A stretch of DNA of 61,760 bases from Parcubacteria group bacterium GW2011_GWC2_42_12 (GTDB lineage Bacteria > Patescibacteriota > Patescibacteriia > Patescibacteriales > GWC2-42-12): assembly GCA_000997945.1 (NCBI GenBank), contig LCCP01000003.1, positions 1 through 61,760 of the forward strand. Reading direction: 5' to 3'. Both the position numbers and the translations under genes were made by a program. Within the stretch, counting starts at the first letter, position 1. Each line of letters opens with the position of its first letter. The notes under the pieces are model-generated. The model was not told the DNA's origin and made no database searches. It was given only the letters and a program-made list of their open reading frames with translations. Shown here piece after piece: positions 9,175 to 17,782 of this stretch.

Positions 9175-9374
9175 AATACTAAACAATTTTAATTATTTTT
9201 TCCAAAACAAAGCGCCCGCGCATTCTTCATACGCGGGCACTTCAATCCCCATGCGCTGTCTAATTATTTTTTGGATAACAGTGACAGCCAGTCGTTATAT
9301 CACAGATCACTCCATATTATAACAACACTAATACTTTAAAGCCGCTAAGCCAAGATTGTCAAGAGGAAAAGCTA

Positions 9375-9404
9375 TTGATAAATGCCTTTATTTTTGTGTA
9401 TAAT
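9375..9404 (+). promoter_or_regulatory. Promoter TTGATA-N18-TATAAT for tRNA-Glu
   Basis: The -10 hexamer ends 20 nt before the tRNA 5' end. Confidence 0.6.
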
Positions 9405-9424
9405 ATGTTAATAATAGGTTAATT

Positions 9425-9496
9425 GGCCCTATCGTCTAACGGTTAGGACGGAAGCTTCTCAAGCTTCAAATCGGGGTCCGATTCCCCGTGGGGCTA
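9425..9496 (+). tRNA. tRNA-Glu (anticodon CTC)
   Basis: Acceptor GGCCCTA/TGGGGCT, anticodon stem GAAGC/GCTTC with loop TTCTCAA, T-arm CGGGG-TCCGATT-CCCCG. CCA is not encoded. Confidence 0.88.
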
Positions 9497-9548
9497 CTAA
9501 ATATGGGTTTAATTTGACTTTATGGTCATTTTAACCTAAGCTACCAGC

Positions 9549-9685
9549 ATGAATAACCAAACCGAGAAAACCATTGACAGCTATTTATCAATGATGATGA
9601 GCATGATGCGCCTGTACCAGGGTTGTTTTTAATTATTGGCCAGCACATTAATTAAACAGCCCTGAACACCGGGCTATTTTATTAT
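9549..9685 (+). promoter_or_regulatory. Candidate Met-rich leader peptide plus alternative-hairpin attenuator
   Basis: A 27-codon ORF encodes MNNQTEKTIDSYLSMMMSMMRLYQGCF. Its stop lies in the 5' arm of a 16-bp hairpin, whose 3' arm can instead pair in a short stem followed by attttattattt. Confidence 0.3.
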
Positions 9686-9714
9686 TTGATTTTTAATTGT
9701 TGTTAGTAATTTTT

Positions 9715-10217
9715 CGCGGCTGTGTAGGCAAGCGAACAAAAAAAATTGCGCGCAACACCAAAACATCAAAAATTGGAGAACGCATGAGCAAAGAAAAGTT
9801 AGTATTGTCTAAACTCGCCCGTCAGCACCCAGAATGTGCCACTCGGGCCAAAAACCGGGCCAACAAATTCTTATTGGAGAACGAGCAAGAGATTCGCTAT
9901 CTAGGCGGACGCAACGACTTGGGCGCTACCATCAGCGAGGCGGTGGCATTCGGATTTCCACCTAACCAGAGCAGTGAACTGGCAATAAGCGAGGGGGTGA
10001 AGCCAGAAATAACCGCCGGCACCACTTACTTCTTCTTCCTCTTTCGATTTGTGGGAAAAAGGGGACGAATCCAAGCGGAACTGTTGAAGTTGATGCAATC
10101 CAGGGGCCGAAAGATGGTCTTCCGACCATCCGGCCACGCGGCCATTTTCTAGGAGGTTCTACAAAGGGGGTGAAAACGCGAACCGCACAACTTGCATTTT
10201 CATCCCCTCTTTTTTTA
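9715..10217 (+). other. GC-rich orphan transcription unit R1 (122-codon ORF 9784-10152 or a structured RNA)
   Basis: Shows an abrupt GC rise and long ORFs on both strands. GGAGA lies 4 nt before ATG 9784. A strong terminator follows the stop codon. Confidence 0.4.
10165..10217 (+). terminator. Intrinsic terminator of unit R1
   Basis: A 12-bp stem agggggtgaaaa/ttttcatcccct followed by cttttttt. Confidence 0.7.
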
Positions 10218-10367
10218 TTAAAAGCCAAGAACCAAAAAAATACAATTTTATCAACCATTAGGGTACTAATTACCCGCAATGACAATACTTTTTCTGGCGG
10301 TCGCCCGCAATAATAAATATATTGTTAGCTAAATTTAAATCGTAAATCGTAAATCAAAAATCCAAAA

Positions 10368-11147
10368 TTATCTGGCCGTCCAGCCGCCGTCCACCACTAA
10401 AACTTCGCCGGTAACAAAATCCGCTTCAACCGAGGCCAAATAGACCGCGGCCATGGCGATATCTTCGCCCTCGCCCAATCGCGGATAAGGCGTGCTGGCG
10501 GCAAAACCTTGCGCCGTGGCCGGATCATTAAGCATGTCTTTAGTCATGGCAGTTTTTATTACTCCGGGCGCAATACAATTAACATTAATCTTTTTCGGTC
10601 CATATTCCACGGCCATTTCCCTGGTTAAAGCGATAATGCCGCCTTTGGAAGCGCAATATGGGCCGATTTTGTCAAAACCCACCAGCCCGGCGATTGACGC
10701 GGTATTAACAATTTTACCTCTTCCCTGCTTTAGCATTTGCGGGATCACGGCCTTAGAACATAAAAATACTCCTTTCAAATTTACATTTATCACCTGGTCC
10801 CAGTCCGCTTCGGTGGTTTCATGCAAAGCTCCCATTTTAACAATACCGGCATTGTTAAATAAAATATCCACTTGCCCATATTCAGCCAGACATTGCTTGA
10901 CCATTTGTTCCACTTCGCTAGATTTGCTAACATCTACTTTAACAAAAATCGCCTGGCCTTTTGGCTTGTCCTCCGTAGCTTTAGCGGAGGAGGGCTTCTT
11001 AACTAGCTTAATTGTTTCCGCGCCGCCGGCCTCGCTCCAGTCGGCCACCACGACCTTAGCGCCTTCGCGAGCGAAAGCTAAGGCCGTGACCCGACCGATG
11101 CCGGACCCGGCGCCGGTGATAATTGCTACTTGGTTTTTTAATCTCAT
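10368..11147 (-). CDS. SDR-family oxidoreductase (FabG-like)
   Basis: Has the TGAGSGIG cofactor motif, NNAG, and the catalytic YCASK. It carries an in-frame palindrome insert translating PSSAKATEDK. Confidence 0.88.
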   Translation of the reverse strand: MRLKNQVAIITGAGSGIGRVTALAFAREGAKVVVADWSEAGGAETIKLVKKPSSAKATEDKPKGQAIFVKVDVSKSSEVEQMVKQCLAEYGQVDILFNNAGIVKMGALHETTEADWDQVINVNLKGVFLCSKAVIPQMLKQGRGKIVNTASIAGLVGFDKIGPYCASKGGIIALTREMAVEYGPKKINVNCIAPGVIKTAMTKDMLNDPATAQGFAASTPYPRLGEGEDIAMAAVYLASVEADFVTGEVLVVDGGWTAR

Positions 11148-11203
11148 AGATTTGTTAATAAATTTATTAGTTTATTATATTTAATTTTAAATAATCACGG
11201 GCA

Positions 11204-11310
11204 GCGTCGGACAAAAATATTGTTTTTTCGCTTAAGACGAAATTTGGATATTTTCTCTTAAAATTACTACAATTTCGTATGCGCTCAAAACCAATATTTT
11301 TGTCCGACGC
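11204..11310 (+). repeat. Hairpin element family B, copy B2
   Basis: Arms are gcgtcggacaaaaatattg / caatatttttgtccgacgc. The core matches B1 but lacks the B1 internal insert. Confidence 0.8.
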
Positions 11311-11334
11311 TTTATCCAATTATTATCAAAATAT

Positions 11335-12636
11335 TCATTTTTTCCACTCTCTGCCCTGCCTAACCAGCAATTCTCCGGCGCGCAGCGGTTCGGCCATAAT
11401 CGCTTGAACGATTTTTTCCAGACGCGCGCCCTGCGAACCCTTAACTAAAATTATATCCCCAATTTTAATTCTTGCCTGAATAAATTTGCCCGCTTCGGCC
11501 GTAGTGGCAAAATGAAAAATATTATCATCTTTCATGCCGGCGTTTCTGGCGCCGCGAGCGATATCGCGGCTTCTCTCGCCAACCACGATTAATTTATCAA
11601 TTTTATTTTTCACCGCCGCTCGACCGACTGCCGCATGACCGGGCTCGCTCAAAACGCCTAGCTCTAACATATCGCCTAAAACCGCGTATTTATAAGCTCC
11701 GGGACGCGCGGCGATATTACCTAAAGTTTCCAGGGCTAAAACCGATGATGTCGGCGAAGCGTTATAAGTATCATCAATAATAAATGTATTTTTGATGCCA
11801 GATAAAAATTTCATCCGGCCCTTGGGCGAATCATATTTCCGCAAGCTCTGGCTGATTTCAACTAAATTTAAGCCCTTAATAACGCCGATGGCGGCACCGG
11901 CTAAAGCGGCGTAAACGCCGGCCTTACTTATTATGTTCGGTAAAAAAACCGGGGCGAATGATCCGTGGTTAGTTAATTTAAAACTTAAACCAAATTCCTC
12001 TCCGTCCGCGCCGGTTGAAGGAAATCTTATCCTTATTTCCTTGCCGGAAACATCAGCTTCCCCGTCGATGGCGTAAGTAAAGACCTTGGCTTTAGTTTCT
12101 TTAACTACCGACCTAACTCTATTATCGTCAACATTCAATACCGCCCAACCGTCTCTAGCTAATTTTCTAATCAAAGTTACTTTCTCTATTTTAATATTTT
12201 CTAGAGTTTCAAAATATTCAAGATGAGACTCGCCGATTGAGGTTATCACGCCGATATTACAGCCGGCGATATCAGTTAAATAATCTAAATCTCCCGGCCG
12301 ATCAACCGCCATTTCCAAAATTAAGATCTTAGGATAATCTTGGTCGTGCTTTAATAATAATTTGATCGTTACAAAAAATATTTTTAACCAACCCAGGAGC
12401 GATCTTGAAGATGATTCCACGCCAATCACAGTCAAAGGCAGGCCAATTTCATTATTATAATTCTTAAGACTCTGCCGCACTTTAAATTTAGCGGTTAGAA
12501 CCGAGTAGATGGCTTCTTTAGCGCCGGTTTTGCCAACACTGCCGGTAATGCCGATAATCTCTGGTTTATATTTTGCCAAAATAAGTTTAGCAAGGATTTT
12601 TAGAATTGTTTGTAATAGTGATCTCATAATTTTCAA
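11335..12636 (-). CDS. murF: UDP-N-acetylmuramoyl-tripeptide--D-alanyl-D-alanine ligase
   Basis: Has the Mur ligase P-loop GITGSVGKTGAKE, the IDDTYNASP motif, and a position in the dcw cluster. Confidence 0.88.
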   Translation of the reverse strand: MKIMRSLLQTILKILAKLILAKYKPEIIGITGSVGKTGAKEAIYSVLTAKFKVRQSLKNYNNEIGLPLTVIGVESSSRSLLGWLKIFFVTIKLLLKHDQDYPKILILEMAVDRPGDLDYLTDIAGCNIGVITSIGESHLEYFETLENIKIEKVTLIRKLARDGWAVLNVDDNRVRSVVKETKAKVFTYAIDGEADVSGKEIRIRFPSTGADGEEFGLSFKLTNHGSFAPVFLPNIISKAGVYAALAGAAIGVIKGLNLVEISQSLRKYDSPKGRMKFLSGIKNTFIIDDTYNASPTSSVLALETLGNIAARPGAYKYAVLGDMLELGVLSEPGHAAVGRAAVKNKIDKLIVVGERSRDIARGARNAGMKDDNIFHFATTAEAGKFIQARIKIGDIILVKGSQGARLEKIVQAIMAEPLRAGELLVRQGREWKK

Positions 12637-12657
12637 TTTTTAAACAATTTTCTCCGT

Positions 12658-14718
12658 CTATCTCTCCTTAGGTATCTGCCAATAATTTAGCATATATTCG
12701 GCTAATTGGCCAAACAGCGGCGCGGCCGAGCTTTCCGCCCACTCCACATTGCGCGGACGGTCAATTCTAACCAACATAACAAATTTTGGGTCATCTATCG
12801 GAGCAAAACCGCCGAATGAACCAATATTGATATTGTCCTCATACCCGCCCTTTTTCGCCACCTGCGCCGTCCCGGTTTTGCCGCCCACATAATAGCCCTT
12901 GACCGCGGCTTTTTTACCATGGCCGTTCTCAACAACATTGACCATCATGCCGCCTAATATAGTAGCGGCTTTTTCTGAAATAACTCTTCTAATCACTTTA
13001 GGGCTAGTTTCTATTTTAGCGCCATCCGGCTTGATTATTTCCTTAACCAGGTACGGTTTCATCAAAATCCCATTATTGGCGATAGCTGAAAAAACTGAAA
13101 CCATCTGTATCGGGGTCACGCTTAAGCCCTGGCCAAACGAAGCCGTGGCGGCGTAAAGCTCATGCACCGGCTTAGTCATTAAATTTTTGATGTCCCCCTT
13201 GCTCTCACCCGTTAATTCCAGACCAGTCTTTTCGCCAAAACCAAACTCTTTGACATAGTCGGCGAACAAATCCGGACCAATTTTCCTCATGACAAAAATC
13301 GCGCCGGTATTTAAGGACTTTTCCAGCACTTGAGTCATGGTTTGCGCGCCGTTGGCTTTATGGTCGGAATTTTCCATGGTGCGATCGGCGATTTTTACCT
13401 GGCCGGTATCATCATAAGTAGTTTGCGGCGTAATTTTCTCCTGATCTAAAGCCATGGCCATAGTCAGAACTTTAAAAATTGAACCCGGCTCATACTGAGA
13501 AAACACTGCCGGATTAGTGAAAACTTTAATATCTTTAACTTTTTGATATTCATTACCGTCATAATCCGGGTTAGAACACATAGCTAAGATAGCGCCGGTT
13601 TTCGGCTCCATGATAATGACGCTGCCGCCGTCGGCTCCATATTTGGCCACGGCTTCGTTTAATTTCTTGCAAGCCGTAAATTGGATAGAGCGATTGATGG
13701 TTAGAATTAAATCAGCGCCATTCTCCGGTTTTAAATACTCACGATCATTGATAATAATGGCTTGTCCTTTAGCATCGCGTTCGATTTTGATTGAACCAGG
13801 CCGGCCGTAGAGCTCTTGATCAAAATATTCTTCCAAGCCGTATCGGCCCTTTTCTTGATCGCCAACAAAGCCGACAAAACCCAATAGATTAGCGCCGATA
13901 TTCCCTTCCGGATAAAAACGATAGGATTTTTCAGAAAAACCCAGTCCCGCGATAGCTAATTTTCTTTTCGGGCCGTGATTTATAATAAACAAAGCATTAT
14001 TGGCAATCTCTAGGTCGTCTAATTTTATGTCTTCGTCTGCCGGGCTTATCGCCAAATAAAACTTTTTTAAAATCACTTCATCCACTTTTTGCTCTAATGG
14101 TTCATAAACATCCCCCGGCTTATCTATTTTTTTTAAATAGCCGTCAACGATACTAGTTTTTCGCAAATTAATCTCCGCTTCTCGCCTAATTTTTTTTATC
14201 TCTAAAAACTTCGCGTCGGCTAAAAGCCGCCGGTGATTGGCTACAATTTCCGCTTGTTTAACTTGATTTAGCTCATCATTTAAATCCCCGAGAGCGTCAA
14301 TTTGAGCTTTCAACCGATCCGCCTCTTCTTTCTTTAATAATTCATCAACTTCTTTCTCCGTCTGCTCTTGTTTAAAAGTAATGTATAGTTGCTCGGCTGT
14401 AAGCCGCGCTTCTTTCGCCTTAAAGTCCTTAGGCACGGCAAAAAGAATATAAAAATTCTTGTTAGTGGCGATGGGATAAAGCTGGTTGCCGGCTTTGTCA
14501 TTTTGGGTAAAAATTCTACCGCGCTCCGGCGCCAATAAATTATAAATCTGGTGCTGGTCTGAAGCCAAACTATAATATAACTCATAGTTTAAAACCTGCA
14601 GATCAAATAATTTAAAAATAATCAGGCCGGATAATAAAAAAATAATCGCGATTATCAAATTAATGCGACTATTATTTATCTTATTAAAATTCTTTTGACC
14701 CTTTTTCCAAAAAGACAT
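12658..14718 (-). CDS. ftsI: Penicillin-binding protein (FtsI-type transpeptidase)
   Basis: Has an N-terminal TM helix and the SIFK (SxxK), SLN (SxN) and KTGTA motifs. A coiled-coil insert sits in the pedestal region. Confidence 0.85.
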   Translation of the reverse strand: MSFWKKGQKNFNKINNSRINLIIAIIFLLSGLIIFKLFDLQVLNYELYYSLASDQHQIYNLLAPERGRIFTQNDKAGNQLYPIATNKNFYILFAVPKDFKAKEARLTAEQLYITFKQEQTEKEVDELLKKEEADRLKAQIDALGDLNDELNQVKQAEIVANHRRLLADAKFLEIKKIRREAEINLRKTSIVDGYLKKIDKPGDVYEPLEQKVDEVILKKFYLAISPADEDIKLDDLEIANNALFIINHGPKRKLAIAGLGFSEKSYRFYPEGNIGANLLGFVGFVGDQEKGRYGLEEYFDQELYGRPGSIKIERDAKGQAIIINDREYLKPENGADLILTINRSIQFTACKKLNEAVAKYGADGGSVIIMEPKTGAILAMCSNPDYDGNEYQKVKDIKVFTNPAVFSQYEPGSIFKVLTMAMALDQEKITPQTTYDDTGQVKIADRTMENSDHKANGAQTMTQVLEKSLNTGAIFVMRKIGPDLFADYVKEFGFGEKTGLELTGESKGDIKNLMTKPVHELYAATASFGQGLSVTPIQMVSVFSAIANNGILMKPYLVKEIIKPDGAKIETSPKVIRRVISEKAATILGGMMVNVVENGHGKKAAVKGYYVGGKTGTAQVAKKGGYEDNINIGSFGGFAPIDDPKFVMLVRIDRPRNVEWAESSAAPLFGQLAEYMLNYWQIPKER

Positions 14719-14733
14719 AGTAAATATTTAGCT

Positions 14734-15087
14734 CTATTTCTTCGCCACTATCCCACTGCCGGCGCTAATATAATCTATCTCGCCGACGGCAACCATCTTT
14801 AAACTATCCACCTTGCTGCTAATAATATTATAAGAGCTCAAGGCCATGGCTTTAAGTTCTAACTTTTTATTTTCAGCGGCCAATCTATTCCGCTGTTCTT
14901 TCAAATCGCTCAAGGCAAAGCCCTGAATGGCCAAATCATTGGTTCCGGCGAGATAAAGTATGCCTAAAACAATCATGCCGGCAAACAAAATCTTATTAAA
15001 AATTTTCAAATTTAAAACATGGTTTTTAAAAAATAAAGAAAAATTACTTAGAGCCGGCCCTTTTTCATTATTCTTCATGGTTTTCAT
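14734..15087 (-). CDS. FtsL-like cell division membrane protein
   Basis: A single TM helix followed by a coiled coil, positioned between rsmH and ftsI. Confidence 0.45.
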   Translation of the reverse strand: MKTMKNNEKGPALSNFSLFFKNHVLNLKIFNKILFAGMIVLGILYLAGTNDLAIQGFALSDLKEQRNRLAAENKKLELKAMALSSYNIISSKVDSLKMVAVGEIDYISAGSGIVAKK

Positions 15088-15138
15088 AATTTTTATTTTT
15101 GGTTTTTTATATTAAATATAGAACTTACGAAATCTATC

Positions 15139-15245
15139 AGCAGTTGGCTGGAATTAGTAATTTTTAAAGCGAGGACTAACCGTTCGGCCGACCTTTTCTC
15201 CGTTTACATCCGTAGCGAGAAAATTACTAATTCCAGCCAACTGCT
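15139..15245 (+). repeat. Hairpin element family A, copy A2 (degenerate core)
   Basis: Has 26-bp arms agcagttggctggaattagtaatttt / aaaattactaattccagccaactgct. It retains GCGAGGACT and GCGAG but has lost GTTCCGCA. Confidence 0.8.
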
Positions 15246-15263
15246 TTTATAAATATTTTTTTA

Positions 15264-16214
15264 CTATATCTTCTCCACTACTCGTAATTTAGCGCTCCTG
15301 GATCTTGGATTTTTTAAGACCTCCTCCGCAGTCGGCCTTAAAACCTTGCGAGTCAATATTTTAAGCTCCGCCTTGTGGCCGCACTGGCAAATTGGCATAA
15401 TCGGCGGACAAAGGCAATCCCTGGCTGCTTGTCTGAAATATTGCTTAACAATCCTATCTTCCAAACTATGATAGGAAATAACCGCCAATTTTCCGCCCGG
15501 TTTCAATAAACTTACTGCTTGAGGCAAAGCGCCGCGCAGATTGTCTAATTCTTGATTTACGGCTAAACGCAAACTCTGAAAAATCTTGGTGGCCGGATGC
15601 GTCTTTTTGTCTTGAAACCGCTTTGGTATGGCGCCAGCAATAATCTTAACTAATTGATCCGTGGTAATAATTCGCTTAATTCGGCGCTCGGCGGCTATGG
15701 CTAAGGCAATTTTATAGGCGAATTTCTCTTCGCCGTAATCTCTAAATATTTTAGCTAACTCTTTAATATCCCAGCTATTAATAATATTCTCGGCCGTCTC
15801 GGTAATCCCGCCGCCAAAATTCATATTTAACTGCGCGCCAGTTAAATTAAATGAAAATCCCCTAGCCCGATCTTCTAGTTGAGCTGATGATAGCCCGAGA
15901 TCAAGGACGATACCGTCAAATCTGGCATCCGCCGTAAAATATTTCTTAACAATGACTGATAAATTTTTAAAATTGGCATGGGCTAAATATAATTGATGAT
16001 TAGCAATCGATAACTTTAAAGTTAAGGCCGCGTTGGCGATGGCTAGATTATCAAGATCAATGGCTAAAACTTTTCCTTCATTGCCAAGCCGGCCCAAAAT
16101 CGCTTTACTGTAACCGCCGCCGCCCAAAGTACAATCTATATAATTATTTCCCGGCTCGGGATTTAAATATTCCATTACCTCCTTCAACATAACTGGCAGA
16201 TGTTTATATTCCAT
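15264..16214 (-). CDS. rsmH: 16S rRNA (cytosine1402-N4)-methyltransferase
   Basis: Carries HLPVML, DCTLGGGGYS, DLGLSS and SYHSLEDR motifs. Confidence 0.95.
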   Translation of the reverse strand: MEYKHLPVMLKEVMEYLNPEPGNNYIDCTLGGGGYSKAILGRLGNEGKVLAIDLDNLAIANAALTLKLSIANHQLYLAHANFKNLSVIVKKYFTADARFDGIVLDLGLSSAQLEDRARGFSFNLTGAQLNMNFGGGITETAENIINSWDIKELAKIFRDYGEEKFAYKIALAIAAERRIKRIITTDQLVKIIAGAIPKRFQDKKTHPATKIFQSLRLAVNQELDNLRGALPQAVSLLKPGGKLAVISYHSLEDRIVKQYFRQAARDCLCPPIMPICQCGHKAELKILTRKVLRPTAEEVLKNPRSRSAKLRVVEKI

Positions 16215-16402
16215 ATGATGCTTCTATAACACCAACGCTCTCTGCCTCTGGGCCAAAACCTCTCTTAAAATATTACTATCAACCAATGGCGCTTTAATCA
16301 CTCTAACCCGGAGATTAAAAAAATGTTTTTTTGATTTCTGGCTTGGTTTTAATTTGGTCATATTTTTTGTTTTTGTTTATTTTTATATATGAAAATTATT
16401 GT

Positions 16403-16834
16403 TTAGACGCCCAGCTCGCCCAAGGCCTCGGCTATATCAGCGCTCTTCTCCTCCGTGCCTTGCTTATATTTCTGCCAGGCCTTTTCATCCCAAATCTCCA
16501 AACGGTTATACAGGCCGGCGATGACTAATTTCTTTTTTAGGCCGGCGAATTTCCTTAAATATTCAGGCAGCATAATCCGCCCCTGGTTATCAAAATCAAC
16601 ATCCATGGCGCCAGCCAGCATCAAGCGCGAAAAAGCGCGGGTGTTGGCCGGACCGATCGGCAGCTTAGCCAACTTAACGGCCAGTTCCTGCCATTCTTTT
16701 TTTGTATACAAAAAAAGGCAGCTATCCAATCCCTTGGTAACTACGGCTCCTTCTCTTAAAAGAAGGCGAAACTTTACCGGTACCGCTACCCTGCCCTTAT
16801 CATCCAAATTATGATTGTATTCGCCGATGAACAT
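16403..16834 (-). CDS. mraZ: Transcriptional regulator MraZ
   Basis: Has the MFIGEYNHNLDDKGR N-terminus and a duplicated SpoVT/AbrB-like module. The start is set at ATG 16834 rather than GTG 16852. Confidence 0.9.
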   Translation of the reverse strand: MFIGEYNHNLDDKGRVAVPVKFRLLLREGAVVTKGLDSCLFLYTKKEWQELAVKLAKLPIGPANTRAFSRLMLAGAMDVDFDNQGRIMLPEYLRKFAGLKKKLVIAGLYNRLEIWDEKAWQKYKQGTEEKSADIAEALGELGV

Positions 16835-16904
16835 CTTAAAATATTTAAACACAGCGTAAAGGCACTGCTTTATTATTTTTAGATTTTTGTTTTTATTTTT
16901 GTTT

Positions 16905-17135
16905 TGAGGTTAGGGCTCCTAAGGAGGCTGACCGGCCCCGCCTTTGCGGAGCGATCAAACCCCTTCTTTGCCTTAACCAATCTATCTAAGGCCTCGTTTC
17001 GGCCGTAGCTCAGACGAGGCCAACAGACTGGTTTAAAATCGTTCGTTCAGCCGGCGAACCGGCCTAATCGCGCCAGCGTTATTGTCTTGGCTGGCTGGTC
17101 TCGCCTTATAAAGGCGGACAGATTTTTATTTTTAT
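16905..17135. other. GC-rich structured segment within the long mraZ leader
   Basis: Contains several stable hairpins (ggcctcgt/acgaggcc, gccgg/ccggc, ccagc/gctgg). It lies between the MraZ-box promoter and mraZ. Confidence 0.4.
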
Positions 17136-17174
17136 TTTTATTTTAAAAAGCTAGAAAATAGTAATTCATCTCAT

Positions 17175-17200
17175 TCACCACTATCCACCACCTATCACCA
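17175..17200 (-). promoter_or_regulatory. Three direct TGGTG(A/G) boxes at exact 10-bp spacing (candidate MraZ operator)
   Basis: The minus strand reads TGGTGAtagg TGGTGGatag TGGTGAatga, immediately downstream of the -10 hexamer. Confidence 0.6.
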
Positions 17201-17210
17201 ATATACTATA

Positions 17211-17239
17211 ATTATATACCACCGGGTGCCATTTGTCAA
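17211..17239 (-). promoter_or_regulatory. Consensus promoter TTGACA-N17-TATAAT (Pmra)
   Basis: The minus strand reads cattgacaaatggcacccggtggtatataat. Confidence 0.7.
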
Positions 17240-17283
17240 TGATAAGCAACCACTAAAATTATCTTTAACCTTAGGTCAAAAAA

Positions 17284-17322
17284 TAAAAAAATACCCGCCC
17301 GATTTAACGGTGGGTATTTTTT
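17284..17322. terminator. Bidirectional hairpin terminator after tsaB
   Basis: Stem atacccgcc/ggtgggtat flanked by an A-run and a T-run. Confidence 0.6.
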
Positions 17323-17347
17323 ATGAAATTATTTTATCTTTTAAACT

Positions 17348-17761
17348 TTAATTCTTAACATCTTTTCCACAACTTCGGGAGTTAATCTTTCTTTTAACGG
17401 TTATTGTCGGCTCACCGCCGTATTCCGGTTTAACCAGATCAAAACTGAATTTTCCGCTCTTAGTCTTTCTCGCCCCGCCCTCTTCCCCTCTGGCCGGGAT
17501 AGAGAGCGCATAAGCCAACCCGTTAGCCGTAACTACGCCAATCCGTAAAGAAGTAAAACTGCCGCCATGATTAGCTACTTCTACGCCTTTAAGATCGCTT
17601 AATTTAATCTTATTGTCTTTTAAAAGTTTGGCGATGCTGGGCAATAACCTTTCCGCCTGCGTCCGGCGCGAACTAAACTTCTTTTTAAAAATAAACTTAT
17701 TTTTATTTTTAATGCCAATCTCAACCAAGCTGTTGGCTGTTGTATTAATGTATAGAATCAT
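17348..17761 (-). CDS. tsaB: TsaB-like protein (short form, N-terminal domain only)
   Basis: Has MILYINTT and the GGSFTSLRIGV motif resembling GPGSFTGLRIG. At 137 aa it is much shorter than usual. Confidence 0.6.
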   Translation of the reverse strand: MILYINTTANSLVEIGIKNKNKFIFKKKFSSRRTQAERLLPSIAKLLKDNKIKLSDLKGVEVANHGGSFTSLRIGVVTANGLAYALSIPARGEEGGARKTKSGKFSFDLVKPEYGGEPTITVKRKINSRSCGKDVKN

Positions 17762-17782
17762 AATTAAGATGGCTTAGATTTA

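Noticed and set aside
9715-10217. Housekeeping RNA identity (RNase P RNA, tmRNA, SRP RNA, 6S) for the GC-rich segments at 9715, 16905 and 32886.
   Set aside because: I could not find GAGGAAAGUCC / ACAGAA-type RNase P motifs. There was no tRNA-like tmRNA end or alanine-rich tag with CCA. There was also no GGAA-tetraloop SRP domain IV motif (GGAAGCAGC). Identity remains open rather than assigned.
16331-16528. A 65-aa plus-strand ORF between rsmH and mraZ.
   Set aside because: It overlaps the mraZ 3' region in antisense and has a hydrophobic low-complexity translation typical of AT-rich antisense sequence.
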